64,000 nucleotides of DNA from a virus (IMGVR_UViG_3300028888_000093:27345-91344), one strand, 5' to 3'. Shown: positions 52,558 through 62,675, counted from the stretch's first letter. The notes: a model not told the origin generated them from the sequence alone. Numbers and translations: made by a program.

Positions 52558-55500
52558 ATGGCTAGTATTACTGAAAGACTTAAATTTACAGGAAATTATG
52601 TTGATAGGCTAATGTCTGTTGACACAATGGCTGACTTATTGTCATTGAATCCTAGTGATAATTTTAATGGGCAGACTGTTACTGTATTAAAATTGTATAA
52701 CAGGATTCCAGGTGATTTTTGGCTTGTTAATGGAACAGCATCAAGATATTGGAGATTAAAGGAACTTCCACAAGTTGCAAGTATTGATATCCTTAACCAG
52801 ATAACACAAACATGTACTCTTGATACTGGAAAAATACTAATTGATAACGGTTTTGTTGCATCTGTAAAGTCAGGTTCGACTTTTTCTGAATATGTCTTCT
52901 TTGACGGTGAATGGCTTGAATACAAGAAAGATGGTGAAACTGGTCCTCAGGGTCCACAAGGATTTGTCGGATATCAAGGCGCAAAAGGACCTCAGGGAAA
53001 TATTGGTTTGCAAGGTGCAATAGGTTTCCAAGGAAACGATGGTGAGGATGGCCCTCAAGGTGCTGACGGCCCTCAAGGTAGAGAAGGTGTCCAAGGTCCG
53101 AAAGGTGAAGACGGTGAGAAGGGTGAAGATGGCGTACAAGGACCAGAAGGCCCTCAAGGTGTCGTTGGTATGCAAGGTAATGTAGGACCACAAGGCAAAG
53201 ACGGTATTGATGGTGCACAAGGTTCAGACGGGCCTCAAGGTCCAGAAGGTGCACAGGGTCTGAAAGGTGAGGACGGTGAAAGGGGAGAAGATGGTGCCCA
53301 GGGTCCACAAGGATTTGAAGGTCCACAAGGTCCTAAAGGTGAAGATGGGGCAGACGGAGAAAAAGGCCCTCAAGGCAATGTCGGTCCTCAGGGTGAAAAG
53401 GGTGCAGACGGAACTTCTGTTAAGATTCTGCCTACAAGTGCCGAATGTGAAAACATTGGTGACGGATATATTGATGAAAACGGTGATTTGAACATTTTAT
53501 ATAGTTTAAATCCAAAAGTATTCAAGAATGTGGGCCCGATACGTGGTGAACAAGGCCCAGAAGGTGCACAAGGAAATGATGGTCCTCAAGGTCCTGAAGG
53601 TGTGCAAGGTCCAAAAGGCGAAGATGGTGATAAGGGAGAAGATGGTGTCCAAGGTCCTCAAGGAAACGAAGGTCCACAGGGTCAAAAGGGTGAAGATGGA
53701 GAGAAAGGTGAAGATGGTGTACAAGGCCCGCAAGGTTTGAAAGGCGAGGACGGAGAAAAAGGCGAAGACGGGGCACAGGGTCCACAAGGAATTAAAGGTG
53801 AAGATGGAGAAACTGGTACACAAGGTCCACAAGGTAAAGATGGTGAGAAAGGTGAAGATGGAACACAGGGTCCTCAGGGTGTTGTTGGCCCTCAAGGTGA
53901 AAAAGGTTCCGACGGTACATCAGTAAACATTTTACCGAGTTCAGCCGATTGTGAACACATTGGCGATGGTTACATTGACGAAAATGGAGACCTTAATATA
54001 CTTTATGAATTAAATCCAAAGAAATTCAAGAATGTTGGACCTATCAGGGGTGAACAAGGTCCAAAAGGACCGCAAGGAAATTTAGGCCCGCAAGGTCCTG
54101 AAGGTATACAAGGTCCGCAAGGTTCACAAGGAAACGATGGTCCTCAAGGTCCGAAAGGAGAAGATGGTGAGAAGGGTGAAAAAGGATACCAAGGTTATCA
54201 GGGAATGGAAGGCCCTCAAGGACTTAAGGGTGAAGATGGAGAGAAAGGTGAAGATGGTGTCCAAGGTCCGCAAGGTTCACAAGGAAACGATGGTCCTCAA
54301 GGACCAGAAGGTATTCAAGGACCAGAAGGTCACCAAGGTAATGTTGGACCGCAGGGCAATATTGGTCCTCAAGGAATAAAAGGCGAAGTTGGAGCTCAAG
54401 GACAGCAAGGTTTTGAAGGCCCGCAAGGTCCAGAAGGTGCACAAGGATATGATGGTCCACAAGGAAACGACGGCGTTCAAGGACCTCAGGGAACAACGAA
54501 TATAATTTCAGCTTCAACAGCGATTACAATTGAAGACAATACAATTGGCGTCAAAGTAGCCGAAAGTCTTGAGGAAGTTATCGTTTCAGACAATGGAAAA
54601 AATTATTTGAGAGTGACCGAAAACAATGAGCTTCAAGTTGATGGTGTCGACACTGATTCATCTGTTATTCCGAGTGAAATCATACTAGAAGGAGGTCCGT
54701 TGGCTGAGTTGGCAAAACAAGCATATCCAGATGGAACAATTCCTAGCGGAACAACAATGCAAGACCTGCTAATGAAACTATTCTGTCAGGAGAAGTGGGG
54801 TTCGGCAAACGGCCCGACATATACTTTCAATGCCAGCGTTGCTGCACCTACAACCAATTTGAACAAGTCTTCATATCAGCCAGTAGGCATGATTGCTATC
54901 GGTTCAGCATCTATCAACAACACAAGCGCAAACCAATATGCAACTGTTACTGGTATGACATATGGATATAGCGGAACAAGCCATTCAAATACAGCAACAA
55001 CATATACACAGACAGTTACACCTACAAAGACAGGTGAGGCCACTATCACGTGCTCATGGACAAACCTGGTTCCTGTTGACAATTCCGTTGATGGTTCAAG
55101 CGGAGCCTCCAAAGAGTTCTATATCATGAATGGTACAAACACATACAGGGCAAATGTCACAGGACAGACGGTTACGCCAGCTGAATTTTCAGAAGAGACG
55201 ATTTATGCAATGTCTAACTTAGACTCTGTATCAGAAATCGGGGCCACAATATCAGAGGAAGGTTTTGAGTCATCATCGGCCTACAAGACTGGAATCACGC
55301 CTACTAACACATCAAGCAAGACTGTGACTGGATACAGACCTGTTTATTATGGTGCTGTTACAGCAACGTCAATTGATGACAACTATGTAACTGAAAATGT
55401 ATTGACTGGTTTCGGAAGTTCACAAAGGAATGTTCCTACATCATATACGGTTCCTACAAATTCAGGTGCATTCATAATTGCAATTCCAAGTGGCAATTCA

Positions 55501-55683
55501 AATTATAATAAAACAAATATGATAATGAGGGATTCCAAGGGTATGTCTTTCGGTTTAGTGCACGTAAAGGCAATGTCAGTTAACATGTTAAACAATGTTG
55601 AAACCGTAAGCTATAAAATATTTTATATAACTAATGCAAACGCAACAACAGAACCTGGAACTTACAATATTTCATTTGAATAA
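52558..55683 (+). CDS. Collagen-like triple-helix fibre protein
   Basis: About 500 aa of Gly-X-Y repeats interrupted twice by a duplicated globular spacer; beta-rich C-terminal domain. Confidence 0.9.
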   Translation: MASITERLKFTGNYVDRLMSVDTMADLLSLNPSDNFNGQTVTVLKLYNRIPGDFWLVNGTASRYWRLKELPQVASIDILNQITQTCTLDTGKILIDNGFVASVKSGSTFSEYVFFDGEWLEYKKDGETGPQGPQGFVGYQGAKGPQGNIGLQGAIGFQGNDGEDGPQGADGPQGREGVQGPKGEDGEKGEDGVQGPEGPQGVVGMQGNVGPQGKDGIDGAQGSDGPQGPEGAQGLKGEDGERGEDGAQGPQGFEGPQGPKGEDGADGEKGPQGNVGPQGEKGADGTSVKILPTSAECENIGDGYIDENGDLNILYSLNPKVFKNVGPIRGEQGPEGAQGNDGPQGPEGVQGPKGEDGDKGEDGVQGPQGNEGPQGQKGEDGEKGEDGVQGPQGLKGEDGEKGEDGAQGPQGIKGEDGETGTQGPQGKDGEKGEDGTQGPQGVVGPQGEKGSDGTSVNILPSSADCEHIGDGYIDENGDLNILYELNPKKFKNVGPIRGEQGPKGPQGNLGPQGPEGIQGPQGSQGNDGPQGPKGEDGEKGEKGYQGYQGMEGPQGLKGEDGEKGEDGVQGPQGSQGNDGPQGPEGIQGPEGHQGNVGPQGNIGPQGIKGEVGAQGQQGFEGPQGPEGAQGYDGPQGNDGVQGPQGTTNIISASTAITIEDNTIGVKVAESLEEVIVSDNGKNYLRVTENNELQVDGVDTDSSVIPSEIILEGGPLAELAKQAYPDGTIPSGTTMQDLLMKLFCQEKWGSANGPTYTFNASVAAPTTNLNKSSYQPVGMIAIGSASINNTSANQYATVTGMTYGYSGTSHSNTATTYTQTVTPTKTGEATITCSWTNLVPVDNSVDGSSGASKEFYIMNGTNTYRANVTGQTVTPAEFSEETIYAMSNLDSVSEIGATISEEGFESSSAYKTGITPTNTSSKTVTGYRPVYYGAVTATSIDDNYVTENVLTGFGSSQRNVPTSYTVPTNSGAFIIAIPSGNSNYNKTNMIMRDSKGMSFGLVHVKAMSVNMLNNVETVSYKIFYITNANATTEPGTYNISFE
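52939..54492 (+). repeat. Collagen Gly-X-Y tandem repeats (9/18/36-nt periodicity)
   Basis: Repeated ggtcc(a/t)caagg and ggtgaagatgg units. Confidence 0.9.
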
Positions 55684-55710
55684 TAACGATAAACAACTTG
55701 TCAAACAATA

Positions 55711-56247
55711 ATGGCAAATATAGATTTTAATAATTACGCAGGTTGGGACTTACCAGTATACTTTAACAGGCTGAATCCGATTCCGCTTGACAAGACGTCT
55801 ATATTCTACTCTTATGCAAGCGCGGCGACTTATGCACTCAATGTGAACTTGGCTTACGAGGGCCAGGTTTTGAGTGTCCTTGAGGATAATGTTGTTACAG
55901 TATACAAAATCAACGCCAACAGAGAGCTGGAACCCATTGTCGGTGGTTCCCCATCGTCAATTCCAGCTGACAACTATGTAAGTGCGGTAACACTTGCAAC
56001 GTCAGACAACATCGGTCAGATAATTGACGTCCAAAACGATTACACAGAAGGCGAAGGCGCAACCGCAACAACCTATACAAGTGGTTTGTATATAGTTACA
56101 GGACCAAACACCATTTCAAAACTTGGTGTGTCGTCTGCAAGCGGTGACATCAGTTCTGATGTTGAAAATTTAAAAGCAAGAGTTGCGACACTTGAGGAAG
56201 CATGCAACTATTTATATTGGGAAACTGACGAAGGCGTTGGAGAATAA
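55711..56247 (+). CDS. Virion fibre-associated protein
   Basis: FNRLNPIPLD...AYEGQVLSV module and C-terminal coiled coil. Confidence 0.55.
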   Translation: MANIDFNNYAGWDLPVYFNRLNPIPLDKTSIFYSYASAATYALNVNLAYEGQVLSVLEDNVVTVYKINANRELEPIVGGSPSSIPADNYVSAVTLATSDNIGQIIDVQNDYTEGEGATATTYTSGLYIVTGPNTISKLGVSSASGDISSDVENLKARVATLEEACNYLYWETDEGVGE

Positions 56248-56292
56248 AATTAGGTATTGAGAATAACATCTTTCAAAATATATAAAATAATA

Positions 56293-56748
56293 ATGGCTGT
56301 ACAACATAGAATAAGACATTGGAGAGGCACTATAGAATCTTACAACTTCTTGAAGAGTCACAATGCTTTAGATGATTGGACACTGTATTATGTCATATAT
56401 AGTGGCGAGACAGCTGGTAGCGGAGGAACCATCGTTGAATACTTCGGGCAGAACAGGATACATGAGGAACCTGGACAATTGTTGCCTGTTGAATCAATAG
56501 TTTCGGCAGCACCGTTGAATCCGAACCCATATGACAGATATTTGGTAGGTGAGGACATAAACGGATACGAGGTTTATGAATACACCCCAGAAAAAATACA
56601 GGGGGACACTGGTTACACTTTGGCTTGCAGGCAACTCAAGTTTGATGAAAAGTACGGAGTCCGTGTCAAAGACATGGATTTGAAGAATTATATCTACGTA
56701 AACGGTAGATTGGTCACATATGATGATGTGGACTGCGGTGATTTTTAA
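56293..56748 (+). CDS. Virion fibre-associated protein
   Basis: WRGT..Y..L N-terminus; C-terminal DCGDF like the 37831 protein. Confidence 0.55.
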   Translation: MAVQHRIRHWRGTIESYNFLKSHNALDDWTLYYVIYSGETAGSGGTIVEYFGQNRIHEEPGQLLPVESIVSAAPLNPNPYDRYLVGEDINGYEVYEYTPEKIQGDTGYTLACRQLKFDEKYGVRVKDMDLKNYIYVNGRLVTYDDVDCGDF

Positions 56749-56772
56749 TTAGATAAGACCTAGAACTAATAG

Positions 56773-56808
56773 CAAGGGACGGTTATTTGCCGTCCCTTGT
56801 TTTTTTTT
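56773..56808 (+). terminator. Rho-independent terminator
   Basis: caagggacgg...ccgtcccttg + T9. Confidence 0.85.
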
Positions 56809-56833
56809 ATATTTTTTAGTATCATTAAAACAA

Positions 56834-57865
56834 ATGATTAGAGTATACAACATATTGACAAGCTTATTCGGGCAATCCAAACAGGGTGTGTTCGATAAAG
56901 GTGTGACACAATACCAATTCAACTGTCCAAATTGTGCGGAAGAAAACGGTTGTGTTGATTACAAGTACAATCTTGAAGTGTCTTTAAGTCTTGGGCAATA
57001 TCATTGTTGGTCATGCGGCATATCTGGCCGAATATCGAAACTGGTAAGGCAATATGGTGGAAAACAAACATATGACGAGTACATTCAAATAATAAACGAA
57101 ATAAGGGAAACAAAATATTACGACCTTGAACTTTTCAAGGATAATTGCGACATGTTTGAAGAAACTTTGTTAAAGCTTCCGAAAACTTTCCAAACAATCA
57201 ACCTTGAGTCTTGTAAAAACAGACAACTTGTTGACTACCTGAACAAAAGAAAGATAGACCAAACAATGATTGACTATTATAACATAGGAGTTACAGGCTG
57301 GGAAGGAGAGGAGTACACGTGGCGCAACCGAATCATAATACCGTCCTATGACAATAGTGGGGAACTTAATTATTTCATCGGAAGAACATACAAGCAAAAT
57401 GACAAACGGATAAAATACAGGAATTGTGATTTTGATAAAAAAAATATAATATTGCATGAAGACAAGATAAATTGGGACTGCGACATATATTTGGTTGAAG
57501 GAGCGTTTGACTGCATTTACTATTACAATTGTATCGGTTTGATGGGTAAAATACTTACCAAAGACTCGAAAGTTTTCAAAACAATAAAAGAACTGTCGCA
57601 TGCAAATGTTGTCGTGTGTTTGGATGGGGACACAACAGAAAATGAAATAATTAAAATATATCTGCTATTGGAAAACACAAAAGAGCTGAGGGGTAGGGTA
57701 AGATATATACGAATGGGGAAAGACATAGAATATAAGGATTTTGGAGAACTTTATGAGGCCGAGGGCAAAAACGGGATAATAAGGGCAATTCAAAACCAAA
57801 AACAATATAGTGAACAGGAAATAATCAAAATTAAAAATTTAAATTTCAATCAATATGATTACTAA
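56834..57865 (+). CDS. dnaG: DNA primase (Zn finger + Toprim)
   Basis: CPNC..HCWSC zinc finger, RIIIPS..YFIGR, LVEGAFD, CLDGD, KDFGE. Confidence 0.85.
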   Translation: MIRVYNILTSLFGQSKQGVFDKGVTQYQFNCPNCAEENGCVDYKYNLEVSLSLGQYHCWSCGISGRISKLVRQYGGKQTYDEYIQIINEIRETKYYDLELFKDNCDMFEETLLKLPKTFQTINLESCKNRQLVDYLNKRKIDQTMIDYYNIGVTGWEGEEYTWRNRIIIPSYDNSGELNYFIGRTYKQNDKRIKYRNCDFDKKNIILHEDKINWDCDIYLVEGAFDCIYYYNCIGLMGKILTKDSKVFKTIKELSHANVVVCLDGDTTENEIIKIYLLLENTKELRGRVRYIRMGKDIEYKDFGELYEAEGKNGIIRAIQNQKQYSEQEIIKIKNLNFNQYDY

Positions 57866-58700
57866 AATTATAGCTTGTGCGGACATTCATGTTCCGTCAG
57901 TAAAAGGAATTGACGAGTTGAAGTCGCAAATGAAGAGATTTATCGACAAATGCAAAAAAATCATAAAGGACGAAGACGACCCTTCAAATGTCAGAATTGT
58001 TGTGTGTGGAGATATTTTTCACGCCAAAATTCAAATCACAAATGAATCGATAATGTGTGTCGACTGGTTTTTCAAGGAACTTGACAAGCTTTGCAAGACA
58101 TATATTGTAACTGGAAACCATGATTTGCTAATGAACAATCTTGACAGACTTGATTCAATCAGCCCTCTGTTTGAAATCGGAAACTACAAACAAGTTTGCT
58201 ACTTGGACAAGGATTTGGAGTACAAATCTGGAATCATGGTTGATGATAATGTGGCATGGTGCCTATATTCTTCATTTGATGGGTTTTCAACACCAAATAT
58301 ATTAGTCCATAAAGAAGCAAACAAGTCTAAAGATTTGATATATGTCGGATTGATTCACGGAGATGTCAATGGGGCTATTACAACAACAAATTATGTTACC
58401 GATAATGGTCTTGACCCAGCAGTGTTTGATGGATGTGACTTTGTTATTGCTGGGCATATCCATAAGCGTCAGGAAATAAAGAAAAACGGTATTCCGATTG
58501 TCTATTGCTCCAGCCTTAAACAACAAAACTTCGGAGAATCAGTGTCTGGGCATGGATTCGTACTTTGGGATATTGAGGATAAGGATGATATTACATACAA
58601 GAATGTCGATATCAAAGACAAGGACGGAGGATATTACAAGTTCGAAATCAACAACATCGAAGATATTAACGAAGACAAGGAAGAATTAATTAATTATTAA
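57855..58700 (+). CDS. sbcD: SbcD/Mre11/gp47-like metallophosphoesterase nuclease
   Basis: ADIH, GDIFH, GNHD, HG, GHIH motifs and SL.QQNFGE. Confidence 0.85.
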   Translation: MITKIIACADIHVPSVKGIDELKSQMKRFIDKCKKIIKDEDDPSNVRIVVCGDIFHAKIQITNESIMCVDWFFKELDKLCKTYIVTGNHDLLMNNLDRLDSISPLFEIGNYKQVCYLDKDLEYKSGIMVDDNVAWCLYSSFDGFSTPNILVHKEANKSKDLIYVGLIHGDVNGAITTTNYVTDNGLDPAVFDGCDFVIAGHIHKRQEIKKNGIPIVYCSSLKQQNFGESVSGHGFVLWDIEDKDDITYKNVDIKDKDGGYYKFEINNIEDINEDKEELINY

Positions 58701-58720
58701 CAAAAAATATAATTTTTATT

Positions 58721-59404
58721 ATGAATGATTTTAAAAAATTTGCAGTAAGCAATAATGTAAACGGTAACACACTGGACCGTTATAGTAAAACTTTGAACAG
58801 CATTATCAGCCCGACAATCATTGAGGAACGACAGATGAACGCTGTTACCATCGATGTTTTTTCAGCATTGATTAGAGAGAGAATTATTTTCCTCGGAACG
58901 GCAATTGACGATGATGTTGCAAATATAGTTAATTCACAGTTGATGTATTTGAATTCTTTGGATAGCGAAACACCAATAAAGCTCTTCATAAATTCTCCAG
59001 GAGGTGTAATTACCTGTGGATTAGCGATTTACGACGTACTGAATTGGGTTGACTGTGGTGTTGAAACATATGTGATGGGTATGGCAGCATCTATGGGTTC
59101 TGTATTGTCATCATCTGGAATGAAAGGACATAGATATGCATTGAAGAACAGTAGAATCATGATTCACCAGCCTATGATGGGAATTCCTCCTGGAACCCAG
59201 GAATCAGATATTGCAATTGCTTATAATGAAATTCGCAAGGACAAAGAATTATTGCTCGGAATCCTTTCTGAGAATTGTGGGAAGACGATTGAAGAGTTGA
59301 GAGCTGATGCTGACCGTGACCACTGGCTTACACCAGCTGAAGCACTTCCTGGTGTATATGGCGAATTCGGGCTTATTGATGAAATTATCACCAAGAAAAA
59401 ATAA
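58721..59404 (+). CDS. clpP: ATP-dependent Clp protease proteolytic subunit
   Basis: DVFSALIRERIIFL, INSPGG, GMAASMG (Ser), IMIHQP (His), DRD (Asp). Confidence 0.95.
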   Translation: MNDFKKFAVSNNVNGNTLDRYSKTLNSIISPTIIEERQMNAVTIDVFSALIRERIIFLGTAIDDDVANIVNSQLMYLNSLDSETPIKLFINSPGGVITCGLAIYDVLNWVDCGVETYVMGMAASMGSVLSSSGMKGHRYALKNSRIMIHQPMMGIPPGTQESDIAIAYNEIRKDKELLLGILSENCGKTIEELRADADRDHWLTPAEALPGVYGEFGLIDEIITKKK

Positions 59405-59408
59405 ATCA

Positions 59409-59990
59409 ATGAATACAATTGAATCATTAAAGGATAAACACGAACTCGTGAAAAATAATCCATATTGGGTTAATTTTGATGAGAAATATCTTCCAGGAAT
59501 GCTTAACATGTTCAGAGACATGGTGAATAATGTTTGGGGTACTGGTGATACTTCAAATCCATATTATGTAATCCTTAGATGCTGTACACATGATGTAAAT
59601 GCAATGATTTCCACAATTCAATATATGGTTGAGGAAGAAAAAGAATTTACAAAGGATGAATTTGGAAATGTTATCACCGTGTTACAAACTTTTCTTACAA
59701 ATGTACATGCACTTGTGAATGGGGACAGGGCGAAAGACAATGTAATTGGTTATCTTTTCACATTTGACAAAAGTGGTTTGCGAAAATACAAATCTGTTTA
59801 TGATAACGAAAAAAACGAATGGAGAGCTTTTAACATTATCAAACCAACCGATGTTGAAAAAGTCAGAAAAATGGTTAAACCTTATCTGAAATTAAAAGAC
59901 ACACGAGCAATTAAGCAATGGGCTATCGAATGTATAGATGATATTGAATCTGGGAAAAAGATTATAGGTGGAGCATATATGGTTGAATAA
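59409..59990 (+). CDS. Hypothetical protein
   Basis: 193 aa from ATG 59409, operonic. Confidence 0.6.
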   Translation: MNTIESLKDKHELVKNNPYWVNFDEKYLPGMLNMFRDMVNNVWGTGDTSNPYYVILRCCTHDVNAMISTIQYMVEEEKEFTKDEFGNVITVLQTFLTNVHALVNGDRAKDNVIGYLFTFDKSGLRKYKSVYDNEKNEWRAFNIIKPTDVEKVRKMVKPYLKLKDTRAIKQWAIECIDDIESGKKIIGGAYMVE

Positions 59991-60011
59991 TAAACAAAAA
60001 TAAAAAAAAAC

Positions 60012-61610
60012 ATGATAAAAATTATTGTTGCGGTAGGTAATTATGTCCCAGAAAAAGGGTTTCCGATTGGAAAAAACGGTGGCATGGCGTGGGATTTTCC
60101 AGAAGATTTAAAATGGTTCAGAAAAACAACTGAACACAATATTGTTGTGATGGGTAGAAACACGTATAAAGCAATTGGTGAGAAACCACTACCAAATAGA
60201 GACAATTATATTGTTTCAAATTCAATGACAGAAACACCAGAAGGATTTTCTGGAATTTTACATAGTATTGACGACATTGTAAAGTTACACGAAAATACGG
60301 TATTTTACGATGTTTATGTTATTGGTGGTGCAGAGTTATATAAGTCTGTTATTGACGCTGATATAGTAGATGAAGTTTTAATTGATTTTATTGATGTTGA
60401 AGTTCCAGATGCAGACACATTTTTCCAGCCTTTGGACTTGAATAAGTGGAAGATGGATGAAGATGGTATAAGATTAAGCGATAAATGCACCGTCAATACA
60501 TTTAAACATGTAAAATTTTTTAATGATGTTGATGAACAATATTTTAATTTGGTGCAAGACATTATTAAAAACGGAGAAACAAAAGAAACACGTGCTGGAA
60601 TTACAAGGTCTGTTTTTGGGAGACAACTACGTTTCAACCTTAAAAATGGCTTGCCGTTGCTAACAACAAAAAAAGTTTACACAAATGGTATCATTCATGA
60701 ACTTATTTGGTTCCTTAAAGGCGATACGAATATTAAATATCTTGTTGACAACAATGTGCATATATGGGATGATGACGCATACAGATATTATCTTGAGCTT
60801 GTTGAAAAAAACAACGAAGTCTTAAAATGTGATGACGCACCATTGTTGAATGCTCATTATTTTGGGCCTATCACAAAGGAAGAGTTCTTGAAAGCTGTCA
60901 TTGAAGAAAAAGACTGTTGGTTATACTTGGATAGATTGGCTGGTTATATATCATACTACCCAAACAACTATTATATTCACTATAAATTTGGCGACCTTGG
61001 TCCAGTTTATGGTGAACAATGGAGAAACTGGTACGGCGTTGACCAAATAAAGAAAGTTATTGAAATATTAAGAACAAATCCAGATGACAGAAGAATGGTC
61101 GTCTCTGCTTGGAACGTTAAAGAATTGGATAAAATGGCTCTTCCTCCTTGTCATTATTCATTTCAATTTTATACAAAAAAAATGGATATTTTAGAAAGAA
61201 GGAACTGGGCAGACGAACATAACTTTGATTGCTGGGATGAAAAATCACTCGATAAAAACAATGTTCCGTCAAGAAAGTTGAGCTGTATGTTTCATATACG
61301 CAGTAATGATGTAGGTTGTGGAACGAGTTTTAATTGGGTTTCATATGCAATATTAACACATATGGTTGCACAATGCTGTAATATGGAGGTTGATGAACTT
61401 ATTTATGATGTGGGAGACGCACACATATATGAAAATCATATTGAACAATTACATGAACAATTAAAGAGAAACCCACATAAATATGCGTTACCGAAACTTG
61501 AATTGAATCCAAATGTAAAAGAAATTGATGATTTTAGACCATATGATATTAAAATAGTTGGATATAAATCATACCCAGCAATAAAATTGCCATTAAATGT
61601 CGGATTATGA
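60012..61610 (+). CDS. thyA: Bifunctional dihydrofolate reductase-thymidylate synthase
   Basis: DHFR motifs IGKNG.MAW..PEDL, VVMGRNTY, PLPNR, VIGG, ADTFF fused in frame to ThyA motifs PLLTTKK, DLGPVYG.QWR, MALPPCH, RSND..FN, GDAHIY.NH. Confidence 0.93.
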   Translation: MIKIIVAVGNYVPEKGFPIGKNGGMAWDFPEDLKWFRKTTEHNIVVMGRNTYKAIGEKPLPNRDNYIVSNSMTETPEGFSGILHSIDDIVKLHENTVFYDVYVIGGAELYKSVIDADIVDEVLIDFIDVEVPDADTFFQPLDLNKWKMDEDGIRLSDKCTVNTFKHVKFFNDVDEQYFNLVQDIIKNGETKETRAGITRSVFGRQLRFNLKNGLPLLTTKKVYTNGIIHELIWFLKGDTNIKYLVDNNVHIWDDDAYRYYLELVEKNNEVLKCDDAPLLNAHYFGPITKEEFLKAVIEEKDCWLYLDRLAGYISYYPNNYYIHYKFGDLGPVYGEQWRNWYGVDQIKKVIEILRTNPDDRRMVVSAWNVKELDKMALPPCHYSFQFYTKKMDILERRNWADEHNFDCWDEKSLDKNNVPSRKLSCMFHIRSNDVGCGTSFNWVSYAILTHMVAQCCNMEVDELIYDVGDAHIYENHIEQLHEQLKRNPHKYALPKLELNPNVKEIDDFRPYDIKIVGYKSYPAIKLPLNVGL

Positions 61611-62146
61611 GTATTTTGTTGATAAACAAGCAAGCAAAAAAAATAACGGTAGCTTCTGATGGCCGTTCATTGATAGGTGATTTCGTTATTTCGGATAATA
61701 TAAAAAAAATAAAAAAGATAACAAAAAAACTTATTGTTGGTTCAGTTGGATATTTATCAATAAACACATTATGGAATTCTTTTGTGGAATTGAACAAGCA
61801 AAAAATTGAAAACATAAGTTCAATTCAAGAAACAATAACATGCTCCAATAACTTTGTTGACTATTTGAAAAACTTTTGTTCTTATGATGAAGAAGATTTA
61901 TGTGAAGAATTATGTGGTTCTACATTGTTAATGTGTAATAGGAATATTGTAAATATAATTAAATTTTCAAATAAATTAACACCAATTGTATTTACAGTTG
62001 AATCAACTTATAGTGTTGGGTGTGGAAGTGAGTATGCACAAGCACTCATTGATTATGGTGTTAATTTTAAGGAAATAATATCAATGGTATCAAAAAGGTA
62101 CTCAAATATCGGTAATAGTTATTTTGTTGAAGAAATTAAAATTTAA
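61607..62146 (+). CDS. HslV/proteasome-beta-like Ntn-hydrolase
   Basis: MSILL..VASDGRS..KKI..VGSVG..SVGCGSEYA pattern; Ser at the Thr1 position. Confidence 0.65.
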   Translation: MSILLINKQAKKITVASDGRSLIGDFVISDNIKKIKKITKKLIVGSVGYLSINTLWNSFVELNKQKIENISSIQETITCSNNFVDYLKNFCSYDEEDLCEELCGSTLLMCNRNIVNIIKFSNKLTPIVFTVESTYSVGCGSEYAQALIDYGVNFKEIISMVSKRYSNIGNSYFVEEIKI

Positions 62147-62167
62147 TTATCACAATAGAAAAAGAAT

Positions 62168-62204
62168 AATGGCGAAGCAAAATAAGCTTCGCCATTTTTT
62201 TTTT
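62168..62204. terminator. Bidirectional terminator
   Basis: aatggcgaagc...gcttcgccatt + T run, between convergent genes. Confidence 0.85.
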
Positions 62205-62206
62205 CA

Positions 62207-62347
62207 TTAAATCGGCCTTCTGTAAACAACACGTCTGTTTACATTTCTTCTAGGAGCTGGAGCAGCAGTTGCACTCTTTTTCTTTACAACCTGCTTTACG
62301 GTTGTCACTTGTTTTTTTGAAGAACCCTTTTTACATCCACATGCCAT
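62207..62347 (-). CDS. Small basic protein with N-terminal MACGCKK motif (46 aa)
   Basis: Hand translation MACGCKKGSSKKQVTTVKQVVKKKSATAAPAPRRNVNRRVVYRRPI; ACTATTTAT at 62368-62376(-); terminator downstream. Confidence 0.7.
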   Translation of the reverse strand: MACGCKKGSSKKQVTTVKQVVKKKSATAAPAPRRNVNRRVVYRRPI

Positions 62348-62504
62348 TTCTAAATATTTTTTTTCAAATAAATAGTGTTATTTCGTAAAAAAATCCAAAA
62401 AATAACAACATAAAATATTGGTTATTAAAAACTTTATGATAATAAGAAACTTTAATTAATTCAAAATCAATATTTTAAAGTAATTAAAAAATTTTTAATT
62501 AAAA

Positions 62505-62535
62505 TTTGATTTTTTTCTTTTTTTCTGTATATTTA
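62505..62535 (+). promoter_or_regulatory. Bacteroidota-type promoter TTTG-N19-TATATTTA upstream of the orphan omega-RNA
   Basis: tttg 62505-62508, tatattta 62528-62535. Confidence 0.55.
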
Positions 62536-62550
62536 TAAAAAAAAATAAAT

Positions 62551-62675
62551 CGTTGGGGCATCGACGAATTGGCGAGTGCAAATGCTGCTGGCATAAATGT
62601 CATCAGCGTGCATGTTTAAACCAAGAATCTCATGGATTTATTCGTGGGGGTATGTCAATTATAGAAAAATCGCCA
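62551..62675 (+). ncRNA. Orphan TnpB omega-RNA/reRNA (IS200/IS605 right end, scaffold 62551-62658, plus ~16-nt guide)
   Basis: 108 nt align without gaps to the reverse complement of 46637-46744 (14 differences); ends in TCAA; no left end or tnpB adjacent. Confidence 0.7.

Noticed and set aside
52939-54492. CRISPR array
   Set aside because: The repeats are in-frame collagen codons with synonymous variation and no unique spacers.
5700-61800. Numerous 60-200 aa antisense and alternate-frame ORFs in the track
   Set aside because: They are shadows of long genes on the other strand or frame, without motifs or expression signals.
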